From positions 32,001-96,000 of IMG/VR virus record IMGVR_UViG_3300042691_021876: a DNA stretch of 64,000 nt, one strand, 5' to 3'. Every line of letters begins with the position of its first letter. The first letter of the stretch is position 1. Positions 1 to 10,045 of this stretch are shown here, piece by piece. The DNA is from a virus. Under the pieces are notes generated by a model. That model did not search any database. It was given only the letters and a program-made list of their open reading frames with translations, and was not told the origin of the DNA. The position numbers and the translations under genes were made by a program.

Positions 1-70
1 CAACACTATTTTTACTATATATCAATATAGAAGTCTGTATGAAAACAATAAAAGGTAAAGGTAAAGCTGC

Positions 71-388
71 CTATATGCGCTCAGAAGTTGAAATCCCCAT
101 TACCTGGGTTTCGGTAGAATTTGGTCCAACGTCACAAAGTTTATTTATTTTCAAATAATAAATTGCTCCTTCTACTAAAGATGTAGCAGGGAACCTAATA
201 ACTTGTCCTGTGACGGTTTCAACTGTTAACCAAGATGTTGGGCTCCAATTAAAAATATGTAAACCCGTTATGTAAGGTTCATCATGGTGTATGATATATT
301 CACCTGGTATTAGGTTAACAGGTTTTACACCACCATCTCTAAAAAATATGTCAGAGATAGGATAATATTTAGATGCAATAATAGCCAT
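71..388 (-). CDS. hypothetical protein (probably late/structural)
   Basis: 105-aa ORF, co-oriented with a late-promoter gene block; no recognisable motif. Confidence 0.6.
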   Translation of the reverse strand: MAIIASKYYPISDIFFRDGGVKPVNLIPGEYIIHHDEPYITGLHIFNWSPTSWLTVETVTGQVIRFPATSLVEGAIYYLKINKLCDVGPNSTETQVMGISTSERI

Positions 389-400
389 AATTCATTAGTA

Positions 401-1525
401 TTATCTACCAATCATATATCTTATCGGTATATCAAAGGTATGTGGGTTTTTAAGTATAATCGTTTCTATAAAGCAACGGTCAGCATCTTCAATGTCAGTA
501 GCTCCTGATAAGAATAAGAAATCCCCAACGTTTCTCCATCTTGGCGTTGCAGGACCGTATACATTTGAAATTAATTCTCCATCGTATGCTATGTTAACTG
601 GGGCGTCAAGCTGAATGTCTTTACCGTTCAAATATTCTATGTTAGCTCTAAAAGGAATACCATTATCAACTTTCATTAAACTATTAACACCAAAATGATA
701 TCCAATGTGGTCAGTTACTGCTGGATAATCCCATTCACAATTAACATTTGTAGCACCAACTGTAAGTATTACATTAGTATCAGGATTATTCACCTCATCA
801 TATTCTCCACGATTAACGTATTGGAAAAACTTTTGATTAGATTTCATATCACCTGATGAATTTGCGCATCCGCAAGTTGTAACATCTACTTTATCATAAT
901 CGGGAAAAACTAAAATATACTTAACTCTTCCTTTAGGATATTTTGTGTAAGGCACAAGTAAAGTTCCTGGCGAAGGTAAGTCAACACCACTAGTATCAAA
1001 TGTGAATACGTGGCGAAGTTTAATGTTTCTTGTAATTGATCGTACAGTTAATATACCTGTTGTCAATGATGTAGATGCATCAAAAGTGACTTTAGATTTG
1101 ATTACAGTAGAATTACCATAGGCGGTAGTAAGAGCTGTTGGAAAGTCACTATAGTCGGGATCATTTATATCAATAGTAAATGATAAAGACTCTAAGAAAT
1201 TTAGGTTTTCATCATATAATGAATATTCATGAGATGTTCCGTCATCAAAAATGTTTGGGTTAGCTGCAAGTAATGCGTCAAAGCTGAACTGCTCATTAAG
1301 AGGGCCGTATTCAGCAATATCATCAATGTTAAGTAAACGCTCCGTTCCTCCTTTAAGAGTTAATGTTCCTTCTGTGTGTTCAGCTATCGGAATATATAAA
1401 TTATTAAGGTCTAAGGCAGCAAGTTTATTTACCCCTTTCACAACGCTTGCTAATTTACATTCAGAAATTCTGAATGCAAGTATTGACCAATCTGGAGGAC
1501 AAACAATAGGTGGTTTAAGTGACAT
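401..1525 (-). CDS. hypothetical virion-associated protein
   Basis: 374-aa ORF with beta-rich composition in a block downstream of a late promoter motif. Confidence 0.55.
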   Translation of the reverse strand: MSLKPPIVCPPDWSILAFRISECKLASVVKGVNKLAALDLNNLYIPIAEHTEGTLTLKGGTERLLNIDDIAEYGPLNEQFSFDALLAANPNIFDDGTSHEYSLYDENLNFLESLSFTIDINDPDYSDFPTALTTAYGNSTVIKSKVTFDASTSLTTGILTVRSITRNIKLRHVFTFDTSGVDLPSPGTLLVPYTKYPKGRVKYILVFPDYDKVDVTTCGCANSSGDMKSNQKFFQYVNRGEYDEVNNPDTNVILTVGATNVNCEWDYPAVTDHIGYHFGVNSLMKVDNGIPFRANIEYLNGKDIQLDAPVNIAYDGELISNVYGPATPRWRNVGDFLFLSGATDIEDADRCFIETIILKNPHTFDIPIRYMIGR

Positions 1526-1628
1526 TATAGTATGTGATCTTTTTACGCATTAACTCCAGGACGAACCTGTGGATTAACTTTCTTTTTTGCTTTTGGTTCT
1601 GGCGTGTATTCTAAATCAAAGTAAGAGT

Positions 1629-2555
1629 TTAAATCAAACTTTTTTTTTCACTACCATTTATATTATCTATTTCCGAAGATTCTTGAAATTCTTTAAGAAT
1701 CTCTTCTTGATTTACCGGAGCAATAGTTGGCGGTAATTTTTTAGTCTCTTTAACTGCTTCTTCCGGAGTTCCTGTTAAAACGTTTGCATCTTCTAAATGT
1801 GCAACAATTTCAGTTTCTTTTTCAGGTAAGGCATCAAGACCATTAATTTCTAAAGCATCTTCAATAAATGGAAGTTCTTCTTTATCTTCTAAACGATATT
1901 TAGAATTAGCAAGAGCCGTTGGTTCATCATCGGTATGATCTGCCGTTGGCAGTTTACCTTCTGCTTTTAAATCTTCAACGATTTGTGCAACTCTTTTTTG
2001 TTCAGCTTTTAAATCAGGTGCTTGCGTAGTTTCATGTAGTTGTTCATGTATGTTTACATCATCTTCAATCGCTGGACGAATGTAATCAACAAGAGACTTA
2101 ATAAAACCTAAAGCAACAAGTGGTAAGATTGCACCACTTATAATAGAAAGGATTCTTTTTTGGTAAAGAGGATCTTCATCTACAAGTCCAAATAATTCTA
2201 CCCAAGATTGGTAGTCTTGTAAATTTGTAAAGGCATAATATGTATTACCCATCATTTGCATACAAGTCAAAATAATGAATAAGCCCCAAACTAGAGACTT
2301 ATTCATTTTATCTAATACTATAAGAGATGCAAGAGATGCAGCTGCTCCAATTTCAAAAGCAATCGCTAATGAAATAGAAAGCCATTGCGGATTCGATAAA
2401 CTAAAGAAATCAATAACGTGAATAGTTGAAATAACACTCACAATTAGATACAAACTTACAAAAGTTGTAATTATGAATCCGTGTAGTAATTTATCTTTTT
2501 TCACTTTCAAGTTTAGTAATTTCAGCATCAATCGCTGTTTGGCGATTAACATCAA
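1629..2555 (-). CDS. multi-pass membrane protein with acidic C-terminal tail (true start probably GTG at 2504; possible -1 extension to 1543)
   Basis: about four hydrophobic segments, then an E/D-rich tail; ends just after an A9 run. Confidence 0.7.
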   Translation of the reverse strand: MMLIAKQRLMLKLLNLKVKKDKLLHGFIITTFVSLYLIVSVISTIHVIDFFSLSNPQWLSISLAIAFEIGAAASLASLIVLDKMNKSLVWGLFIILTCMQMMGNTYYAFTNLQDYQSWVELFGLVDEDPLYQKRILSIISGAILPLVALGFIKSLVDYIRPAIEDDVNIHEQLHETTQAPDLKAEQKRVAQIVEDLKAEGKLPTADHTDDEPTALANSKYRLEDKEELPFIEDALEINGLDALPEKETEIVAHLEDANVLTGTPEEAVKETKKLPPTIAPVNQEEILKEFQESSEIDNINGSEKKSLI

Positions 2556-2781
2556 GGATCTTACGGTCAGTAGATTGGATCATACGTTTTTCAGCTTTTA
2601 ATCCTTCTATTTGTAAATCCTTTTGAGATGCGCAAGAATCAAGTCTTGCCTCTATTTTGTCAAGTCTTTTGTTAATACTTTTAACATCACCTGAACCACA
2701 TGTTCTCACAAAGATTGCTACCAATAAGATGATAGCAATCTGTTGAAAACGTTTATCGAGTAATTCGTTTATTTTATTCAT
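2491..2781 (-). CDS. putative lipoprotein / coiled-coil membrane-anchored protein
   Basis: hydrophobic IAIILLVAIF followed by VRTC-G (lipobox-like Cys), then heptad coiled coil. Confidence 0.55.
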   Translation of the reverse strand: MNKINELLDKRFQQIAIILLVAIFVRTCGSGDVKSINKRLDKIEARLDSCASQKDLQIEGLKAEKRMIQSTDRKILDVNRQTAIDAEITKLESEKR

Positions 2782-2783
2782 TT

Positions 2784-3341
2784 TTATTCTGCTTCATTTT
2801 CTAATGCAATTTCAGCAATAAGTTGATCTTCATATTCTGATACTGCTCCTTGGTCAATAGCATTTTGTACTTGTCCTAAATCTCTTTCCAACTGATCTTT
2901 CTTTTCTTTATCTTGTTTAGCGCGAGATAAAGCATCTGTCACAGGTTTTAAGATTGTGTTAAAGTAATGCAATGCTGAACTTAATCCTACACCAGTTTCT
3001 TTTGATAAGAAATAGTAAATAGCCTCAAGAGCTAATGTAGATAACATGATTTCTTTACGTTTTCCAGTCTCAAGATCTTTGATGATAACATCAAGCTGCT
3101 TTCTTGTTTCAATGATTCCCATTGATTCTGAAAAATTCCATTTAGCATCGTTGGTAATAAAGTCATGTAAAGCTTTTGCTGTTGTAATCTGACCTTCTAC
3201 AAGATACGTTTTTGTTTCTAATTCTGCGCGGAAATTATTTAATTTCTTTTCAAGATCCGCTGCAAGTTTTTGTCTTTGTTCTAATTTCCCGTCAATATCA
3301 ACAGGTGCTTTCTCAATAGTAAGAGTTGCTTCTTTTGTCAT
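2784..3341 (-). CDS. hypothetical coiled-coil protein
   Basis: 185-aa helical ORF directly downstream of the late motif at 3363-3370. Confidence 0.65.
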   Translation of the reverse strand: MTKEATLTIEKAPVDIDGKLEQRQKLAADLEKKLNNFRAELETKTYLVEGQITTAKALHDFITNDAKWNFSESMGIIETRKQLDVIIKDLETGKRKEIMLSTLALEAIYYFLSKETGVGLSSALHYFNTILKPVTDALSRAKQDKEKKDQLERDLGQVQNAIDQGAVSEYEDQLIAEIALENEAE

Positions 3342-3379
3342 GGTTTTTGTTTTTTCTTAATTTATATATCTTGGTGAAT

Positions 3380-3835
3380 TTAGATTAGCGTTTTGCATAA
3401 TTCTACAACCCAGTTAATTGCACTTGCGATATTCGAACGGAATATCAATATAAGTGTAAGATAGAAAGCATTTAAAAATACTTTCCAAACAGATAAGTAT
3501 TTAAAGATAGGATAATACACAATAAGATAAGAGTCAGAGTCAGGAATCTTTTCACCGGATACTGCAACCACTTCACTTAATCCCATTGTGTCAATAAACT
3601 TATGGCAAGGAATCATTCGCTCACCAAGTTTAATGTCAAGCATTTGTTTATCATCACCTGCATCAGCTGGACTTGGATTAAACACGGTGTAGATTCGGCC
3701 AACCCAATCAACTCGTAAATTGAATCTTTCCCAATCCGGTGTACCGCGGTACTTACGAATAGCTAATCTAAGGACAGTGTAATTTTTTACATCCTGTAGA
3801 AAGTTTTTTAGATTTCTAAATCTGAATAGTTTCAT
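3380..3835 (-). CDS. hypothetical protein with C-terminal TM segment
   Basis: 151-aa ORF coupled to the sigma factor gene; hydrophobic C-terminus. Confidence 0.65.
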   Translation of the reverse strand: MKLFRFRNLKNFLQDVKNYTVLRLAIRKYRGTPDWERFNLRVDWVGRIYTVFNPSPADAGDDKQMLDIKLGERMIPCHKFIDTMGLSEVVAVSGEKIPDSDSYLIVYYPIFKYLSVWKVFLNAFYLTLILIFRSNIASAINWVVELCKTLI

Positions 3836-3836
3836 A

Positions 3837-4487
3837 TTATGATATTTCTTGATTGTATAATTTAACTAAATTAGGGTCTTTCTTTAAAAGACCAGCCCTA
3901 ACAAGTTCACGAGCTTTACGGATACGAGTTCTAACAGTATTGTGTTTCCAACCAAGTTGGTCAGCAATTTCTTCATATTTCATTTTATCAATTTCACGAA
4001 GTGTTAAAACTGTTTTGTATAATTCTGGAAGATTACCAATTTCTTCAACTGCCATATCATATAGCAAATCAACTGGATGATCTTCATCAGATAAGAAAGC
4101 GTCAGACTCAGTAATAGGACCTTTAGCTTCCATGTTTATACCCATCTCTTGCATAGCATCGTATGAATATGTTTTCTTTTTACTTCTAAAAAATAGAAGA
4201 GCCTCATTTCGAGCAATACGATAAACCCAAGTACTGAAATTCCAATATGGATCATACTGGTGAATCTTTTGCCAAACTTTAGCAAATGCTGTTGCGATAA
4301 CCTCGTTACGATCATCTTGATTAGGAACCAATTCTCTCAAGTAATATGAGATGCTTGGGCGAAGGCGATGATACACATTTGTAAAATCCCTTTCGGATCT
4401 TGACTCAAAAAATGCTAATCCCATTTCTTGAAGTGATTTCGGTTTAGTTGACATAGAAGGCTGTTGAGAATTTTTAGTTAGTGCCAT
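3837..4487 (-). CDS. ECF-type (RpoE-like) RNA polymerase sigma factor
   Basis: region 2 motif FSTWVYRIARN and region 4 LPELYKTVLTLRE...YEEIADQLG...TVRTRIRKAR. Confidence 0.9.
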   Translation of the reverse strand: MALTKNSQQPSMSTKPKSLQEMGLAFFESRSERDFTNVYHRLRPSISYYLRELVPNQDDRNEVIATAFAKVWQKIHQYDPYWNFSTWVYRIARNEALLFFRSKKKTYSYDAMQEMGINMEAKGPITESDAFLSDEDHPVDLLYDMAVEEIGNLPELYKTVLTLREIDKMKYEEIADQLGWKHNTVRTRIRKARELVRAGLLKKDPNLVKLYNQEIS

Positions 4488-4525
4488 AGAGACTGTTAGG
4501 TTAAGTTAGTTGATTAATTATTTTA

Positions 4526-4582
4526 CAAATATAATAATTTTATTGTGAAATAAAAAACAATTAAGGATAAAGTTATTAACAA
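4526..4582 (-). promoter_or_regulatory. early-type promoter: TTGTTAATAAC box plus Bacteroidota -7 element TATATTTG, upstream of the ECF sigma
   Basis: same box and -7-like octamer at the same spacing in five intergenic regions. Confidence 0.7.
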
Positions 4583-4587
4583 CTTTA

Positions 4588-4615
4588 AGCAGGATAGAAT
4601 TGCTTCCGTCCTGCT
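4588..4615 (-). terminator. stem-loop (GCAA loop), probable terminator
   Basis: AGCAGGA..GAA / TTC..TCCTGCT inverted repeat after ORF 4632-4958; U-tract weak. Confidence 0.45.
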
Positions 4616-4631
4616 AGTTGTTTAAGATAAA

Positions 4632-4958
4632 TTAGTTTGCTGGTTCAGCTTCAACTTTTTTAGCTTTTTTCTCAGCTTTAGGAGCAGCTGCTTCTGGTTC
4701 TCCTGAAATACCAACCTCTTGACCATCTGCATCAGTTACTTGTGTAACAATAGATGGTAATCTGTTAAATAATTCAGCAACCTCATTGTATGAAAATTCT
4801 CCAAGGAATTGTACAAGTTGGTTTAACTCAGTTTCAGAATATTGAAAACCTTCACGGTTAATCAAATTCATAAATGGAAATACCTGAGTAAATTTTTTAG
4901 TGTTTAGAATGTCTGTTACTCTTTGTTTAAACTCAGGAGTTACTACGTAGTTTTGCAT
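4632..4958 (-). CDS. hypothetical protein
   Basis: 108-aa ORF preceded by late motif at 4980-4987. Confidence 0.65.
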   Translation of the reverse strand: MQNYVVTPEFKQRVTDILNTKKFTQVFPFMNLINREGFQYSETELNQLVQFLGEFSYNEVAELFNRLPSIVTQVTDADGQEVGISGEPEAAAPKAEKKAKKVEAEPAN

Positions 4959-4998
4959 ATGTCTATTTTATTTATAGTTTATATATCATTGTGGTTCA

Positions 4999-5535
4999 TT
5001 AGTTCTTGAAATCTGAAAAAAGTTTAGACAAAAATCTAAATTTATCAGTCATGCGATAATCCATTGCTAAATCCCAATCTTCACTTTTAATATAGTCAGC
5101 AAAGTCAGCATCATCAGTTTTCATACGACGATTAACTTCTTTAGGATCATCTCCTCTTTGTATAGATCTGTCTAAACGAACTTTATCAGGAGTGTGCATA
5201 AAAATAACAACCAAGTTTTCTCTACCTACTGCATGTATAAGTTTTTCCAGCCCTCTTGGTGTTAATACTAAAAGATCACAATGTTCATAATCAGTTCTTG
5301 TTAAACCATAATACCAATCATTAAATTCATCCCACTCAATAAATTGATCAGTATCAATCATCATTTCAAAATTTGCACGTGGTATGAAATTATAACTAAC
5401 ACCATTAATTTCATTATGGCGCATGGGTCTTGATGTGGTTGATATGCCAGGACGACAGCCGGTTTTTTCTAACATTGCCGCCAGTTCAGTTTTACCTGAA
5501 CAAGATTTTCCAATAAGGACTATTTTCTTTTCCAT
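4999..5535 (-). CDS. gmk: guanylate kinase-like nucleoside monophosphate kinase
   Basis: P-loop GKSCSGKT, STTSRPMRHNEINGVSYNF, EWDEF..WYYG. Confidence 0.85.
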   Translation of the reverse strand: MEKKIVLIGKSCSGKTELAAMLEKTGCRPGISTTSRPMRHNEINGVSYNFIPRANFEMMIDTDQFIEWDEFNDWYYGLTRTDYEHCDLLVLTPRGLEKLIHAVGRENLVVIFMHTPDKVRLDRSIQRGDDPKEVNRRMKTDDADFADYIKSEDWDLAMDYRMTDKFRFLSKLFSDFKN

Positions 5536-5756
5536 AAAGTAGACATAAACGTAAGGTAAATTACCAGAGTTTCTAAAAAGTTAAATGGAGTGTAATTAAA
5601 CTTGGTTAAGATTAACCATAGTGTGCCATAAATGGCTAAGAATTTTGCAACAAATAATAACAAGAAAGCAAAATGATTAGGTCTTTCAGATCCATCATTT
5701 ATTTTTTCGTCGGCTATTTTTTGTCTTAATAGATTTGTTTTCTCAAAGTCAATCAT
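5520..5756 (-). CDS. small two-TM membrane protein
   Basis: 78 aa with two hydrophobic segments; downstream of middle-type promoter. Confidence 0.6.
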   Translation of the reverse strand: MIDFEKTNLLRQKIADEKINDGSERPNHFAFLLLFVAKFLAIYGTLWLILTKFNYTPFNFLETLVIYLTFMSTLWKRK

Positions 5757-5775
5757 ATAAGGATATTTTTGTAGA

Positions 5776-5802
5776 TTATATTCTACAGGTTAAATAAAGT
5801 TC
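5776..5802 (-). promoter_or_regulatory. middle-type promoter GAACT-N16-ATATAA
   Basis: one of 10 copies of this bipartite motif. Confidence 0.7.
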
Positions 5803-5890
5803 TTTACAGATATATAGAGGACATTTGCGGACATACAAAAAAATGTATGATAATTACCATACATTAATTTCTATAATAGATTAGAAGTTC

Positions 5891-6121
5891 TTAATTTTCC
5901 TCTTGTTCATCAGGCGTTTGACCGTTGCTATCAGGAAGTTCTTTGTTAGAACTTGCAATTCTTGGTTTAAAGAATGACTTCTGATTATCAAATGCTTTCT
6001 TAAACATATAAAACCCAGTGTCGCCTGGCGCAGGCTGAACTAAATATTTTGGTGCTTTATATTCTGCAGTCTCTGCTTCAAATGTAGCAAAGTCAGGTGT
6101 ATTATTTATCTTCTTTGACAT
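5891..6121 (-). CDS. hypothetical protein
   Basis: 76-aa ORF overlapping the end of the upstream gene. Confidence 0.55.
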   Translation of the reverse strand: MSKKINNTPDFATFEAETAEYKAPKYLVQPAPGDTGFYMFKKAFDNQKSFFKPRIASSNKELPDSNGQTPDEQEEN

Positions 6122-6434
6122 TAGTCTTCCCTTCTTTTGATGTAGTTAAAGCAATAGTCTTAGCATGCTCTAAGTCTTGTTTCTTTTTGATTAAATCATT
6201 TCTTTCAATTTCTATCTTGATAAGTCTTGCTTCAATTTCTAAAATTTGTGATTGGAATGATTCTTTATTACGAACAGCTTCTTTGCGAGCTTTTTCAACA
6301 TCAGCAAGCTGAGCAATTAAAGCTGCATTTGCCGAAGGCTCAGCAGCAGTTTTAATTTCTTCTGCGTCTTCTTTAACCGCAGCATCATATTTCTTTGCTT
6401 CCCAATCAGAGAATCTCATATATGTTCTTTCCAT
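6102..6434 (-). CDS. hypothetical coiled-coil protein
   Basis: 110 aa, late motif GAATATATA at 6439-6447. Confidence 0.65.
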   Translation of the reverse strand: MERTYMRFSDWEAKKYDAAVKEDAEEIKTAAEPSANAALIAQLADVEKARKEAVRNKESFQSQILEIEARLIKIEIERNDLIKKKQDLEHAKTIALTTSKEGKTNVKEDK

Positions 6435-6466
6435 ATTCTATATATTCTTCAGTTTACTTTTGTAAT

Positions 6467-9400
6467 TTACCATTTCTTACCATTTATGTAAAGGTTCGTT
6501 ACTTCTAGACGAGCAATAACACCTCCACCAAGATTATTAGACTGAGAAGCTGGTGGCGGAGCCGCAGCTGCAGCAGCTTGTGCTGCGCCAAAAGTAGATT
6601 GCTTAGCCTTCTCAGCTGGTTTAGCAGCAGCGCCTTTTCCGTCAGCAGTGGTAGCCCCACCACTTGGTGTAGTTTTCTGTGAATTGTTTAAGTCTGCCTG
6701 AGCTTGTGCTTGTTCTTTAAGCGCTTTTGTGACCGATGATAATTTTCCTGCGTCCACACTTGCTATAGTTTTTAATGAATCAGCGTATGTCTTTAAGTTG
6801 GTAGCGTCATCTTTTCCAAATGCGTCCCATACTTTAACAAAGGCACCCATATCTTTTGTAAACTGGCCAAACGTTTTAGTGAACTTTTCAAAAGGTGTGG
6901 TAATCTTTGTCATACCTTCTGTAATTGATGCAAACTTTTTATACAAAGTAAGTTTATTATTGTCCATTTTATTAAAAGAAATACCTATTAATGTTAATGA
7001 AGTAGCAAACCCACTTATTACACCGTAAATGTTTGTTCCTGACTTACTAGACTCCTCAATGTTCTTTGTAATTTCAAGATAAGATTTAGAAACATCAAGT
7101 ATATCTTTTGATGCAGAAGACATCTTTGGCATAAACTCGATAGCAGTATCAATTTCATCTTCCCATTTGTCAATGTATATACCTAAGTTAGCAAATAATT
7201 CTGGAAATGCCCATAGCAATTTCTTTACATTTTTAATTGCCATCGGAACCGCGTCAGCAAAAGTTATTACACCTTTAGGAACAATTTTTGCATCTTTAGT
7301 CCCAGGGTTAATTACTTCATTAATAGTTGCTTGTCCACCTGCAAGTTTAATAATCATATCAGCCATTTTAGCAATAGGATCAACTATCTTACCAGTTGCA
7401 GTTATACCAGCCTCAAGCGCGCTATCAGTAAACCATGAACTACCATCTTTATAAGCTCTACCAAAATCAGTAAGTGGTTTTGTTAATGTTTCAAGAATAA
7501 GTCCAACATTCACAGCTGCTAATACAAAGTCACCGACGTTTAATTTACGAACCGCTTTAGGAACAAGCTTACCATCAACAACCTCGTTTTCCACAATGTC
7601 GAGACTTGCCATATCAAAAACACCTTTTGCAATAGATGCGATTGCATTTCCTACCTTTCCTGCAGCTTCTATTCCTTTAGTAACATACCCATCTCCCCAC
7701 AGTCGCCCTTCACCATTTGCAGCTTCTTTTCCAAATGTTGAAAGAGGTGTTACCAATGTGTCTAAAATTAATGCGGTATTTAATGCTGCTAGTATAAAAT
7801 CACCAGGAGTTAATTTACGAACTGCTTTAGGAACAAGTTTGCCTTCTCTAACTTCATAATCAACAACATTAAGCTGAGCCATGTCAGCAACACCTTTAGC
7901 TATACTAGAGATAACATTTCCGATGCCTGCTGCTGCTTTAATACCTTTTGCCATGTAACCGGCTCCAATGGTAAAAGGACCAAACCCGGTTTCACCCATT
8001 GTTGACCACATACCAAAGTTTGTAAGTGGCATTGCAAGCGCATTAAGTATCATTGCGGTATTTGGACCAACCGCTTGTATTTCAGCATCAGTTAATTTAA
8101 CTACTCTTTTAGGTACAAGTTTTTTAGCATCTTTATCATATTCCATTTCTGTGAATGATAAAGTTGCCATTGCTTTTACACCAGCGGCTAAAGAAACAAG
8201 AGCATTACCCATTGACGAAATCATTGGGATTGCTGCCATTGCTTTAAGTATACCTTTTATGCCTAATCCATCAAGTGCGTGTGCAAATCCTTGGACAGTA
8301 CTGCTTAAAGCATTTTTTAAAGCCTCACCATCAGATTCTTGCCAGTCAATTGTTTTAAATTTTGACAATGCATATGTAAGTGGTAAAAGAGCAAGTGACG
8401 CAGGTATAAGAACCGCGGCGCCAATAGCAGCGGGTACTGCAACTAATCCAAATTTTGCAAGTGCAAAACCTATCTCAGCAATAGCATATCCAAGGTTTTC
8501 AGTTTTTTCTTTTGTAAAATCAGCTTTTGATAATAACCAAAGTGCACCAGCAAAAACTACAAGTGACGCAGCTAATGATATAAGTACACCTGCACCCAAT
8601 TCAACAAATGCTGCTACAACAGGAATACCTAAAGCAGCCGCGGCTAATCCTAAACCAACTATAGCTGCACCCATTAGAGCAAGTTTAAGGCCAAGTGTAA
8701 CGGGGTCATCTTTAACAAGACTACCCACTATTGCAACACCAACAGCAAAGCCTATCATAGGTGGAATTAATAAATCTAAAACTACTGATCCTTTCTTAAT
8801 ATCTTTATCAAATTTACCAAGTCCATAAGCTGCAAGACCAATAACTGTCATAGCGGCAGCAAGTGAAACCGATCCCTTTAAAATCTGTTGCCATACTAAA
8901 CCAGCAATAGCCATAACTACCCCAAAAAATGCCAGAGGTTTAGCCATACTGCCTAGCGTTTTAACACCTTTATTAATCTGTATTGATTTCTTTCCTACCT
9001 CATTCATTACTATTGAAACAAATCCAATAGCAAGTCCTAATACAAGTGCTCCCATAGCTATGTATTGGGCAGCAAAGCCAGCAGCTACCATAACTATTCC
9101 AAAGAATAGCATAGGTTTAACTATATTAGTTAAAGCCTTGGCTCCTCTATTAATCATTACTGATTTTTTACCCATATCGCTTATAGCCCACGTAATAGCT
9201 TTTATGGCTAATATGAAAACTAATGTACCTAATGCAAATAGTGGAGCAACTAATGCAATACCAACCATTGTTAAAGCAAAGATAGCAATGTATCTGCCAA
9301 GTTTCATTAAAGTGGAAAGTGCGGTTGCACCTCTTCCAGCAAATCTATTTGCAGTGTTTAATGCTGATAAGATTCCTTTGATTGCTAGTATGAATACTAA

Positions 9401-10009
9401 TGTACCAAATGCAAATAGCGGAGCAACTAACGCAATACCTACCATTGTTAATGCAAAGAGTGCAATACCTCTGCCTATGCCCATTAATGTAGCTAATGCA
9501 GTTGCGCCTCTACCAGCCGCTGCATTAGCTGTTTTTAAAGCGTTAAGTATTCCTTTAATTGCCAGGATAAAGACAATTGTTCCAAGTGCTACTGCGGGGG
9601 CTAATAATGCAACGGCTGTCATTCCTAATGCAAATGAAAATATGCTTTTAGACATTTTTGTCATTGCATCAATTAGTTCAATGCCGTTAACATCTTTAAT
9701 ATTGTTGGCGGCATCTCTAAGTCCTTCGGAAAAGTTTACTAAGAAGTCTTTAACTTTTACACCTGCTTTAGAACTAAGAACATTAGTTGCAACAATTAAT
9801 TTTGCTATTGAGGTAGCCATACCACCAATTGCCATTGCTTCTTTAGCAGAATCAATAGCCGGTCCTTTAGTAGGACCTTCCTTAGACTTAGTGGTTTTAC
9901 CTTCAGCGCCACCTTTCTTACTATTAGTGGGATTAAGATAACTCTCAATCTTTGTAGTTAATTGAACTAACGCTTTTAGGCTGGTATTTGCCTCAGTGGC
10001 TACTGACAT
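6467..10009 (-). CDS. tail tape measure protein
   Basis: 1180 aa, Ala/Gly-rich amphipathic and hydrophobic repeats, located after sheath, tube and chaperone-like genes. Confidence 0.75.
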   Translation of the reverse strand: MSVATEANTSLKALVQLTTKIESYLNPTNSKKGGAEGKTTKSKEGPTKGPAIDSAKEAMAIGGMATSIAKLIVATNVLSSKAGVKVKDFLVNFSEGLRDAANNIKDVNGIELIDAMTKMSKSIFSFALGMTAVALLAPAVALGTIVFILAIKGILNALKTANAAAGRGATALATLMGIGRGIALFALTMVGIALVAPLFAFGTLVFILAIKGILSALNTANRFAGRGATALSTLMKLGRYIAIFALTMVGIALVAPLFALGTLVFILAIKAITWAISDMGKKSVMINRGAKALTNIVKPMLFFGIVMVAAGFAAQYIAMGALVLGLAIGFVSIVMNEVGKKSIQINKGVKTLGSMAKPLAFFGVVMAIAGLVWQQILKGSVSLAAAMTVIGLAAYGLGKFDKDIKKGSVVLDLLIPPMIGFAVGVAIVGSLVKDDPVTLGLKLALMGAAIVGLGLAAAALGIPVVAAFVELGAGVLISLAASLVVFAGALWLLSKADFTKEKTENLGYAIAEIGFALAKFGLVAVPAAIGAAVLIPASLALLPLTYALSKFKTIDWQESDGEALKNALSSTVQGFAHALDGLGIKGILKAMAAIPMISSMGNALVSLAAGVKAMATLSFTEMEYDKDAKKLVPKRVVKLTDAEIQAVGPNTAMILNALAMPLTNFGMWSTMGETGFGPFTIGAGYMAKGIKAAAGIGNVISSIAKGVADMAQLNVVDYEVREGKLVPKAVRKLTPGDFILAALNTALILDTLVTPLSTFGKEAANGEGRLWGDGYVTKGIEAAGKVGNAIASIAKGVFDMASLDIVENEVVDGKLVPKAVRKLNVGDFVLAAVNVGLILETLTKPLTDFGRAYKDGSSWFTDSALEAGITATGKIVDPIAKMADMIIKLAGGQATINEVINPGTKDAKIVPKGVITFADAVPMAIKNVKKLLWAFPELFANLGIYIDKWEDEIDTAIEFMPKMSSASKDILDVSKSYLEITKNIEESSKSGTNIYGVISGFATSLTLIGISFNKMDNNKLTLYKKFASITEGMTKITTPFEKFTKTFGQFTKDMGAFVKVWDAFGKDDATNLKTYADSLKTIASVDAGKLSSVTKALKEQAQAQADLNNSQKTTPSGGATTADGKGAAAKPAEKAKQSTFGAAQAAAAAAPPPASQSNNLGGGVIARLEVTNLYINGKKW
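9221..9630 (-). repeat. about three tandem 59-aa (177-nt) repeats in the tape measure gene
   Basis: FALTMVGIALVAPLFA(F/L)GTLVFILAIK unit repeated; near-identical DNA at about 9221 and 9398. Confidence 0.75.
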
Positions 10010-10045
10010 CTATGGTCTGGGGTCTTTTTGTATATATCATATCAT

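Noticed and set aside
7540-9630. Direct repeats as a CRISPR array or mobile element ends
   Set aside because: They are in-frame coding repeats of the tape measure protein with codon-level divergence
6729-9941. Long plus-strand ORFs (up to 293 aa) opposite the tape measure gene, and other plus-strand ORFs in the track
   Set aside because: Antisense shadows of well-supported minus-strand genes; no motifs or promoters
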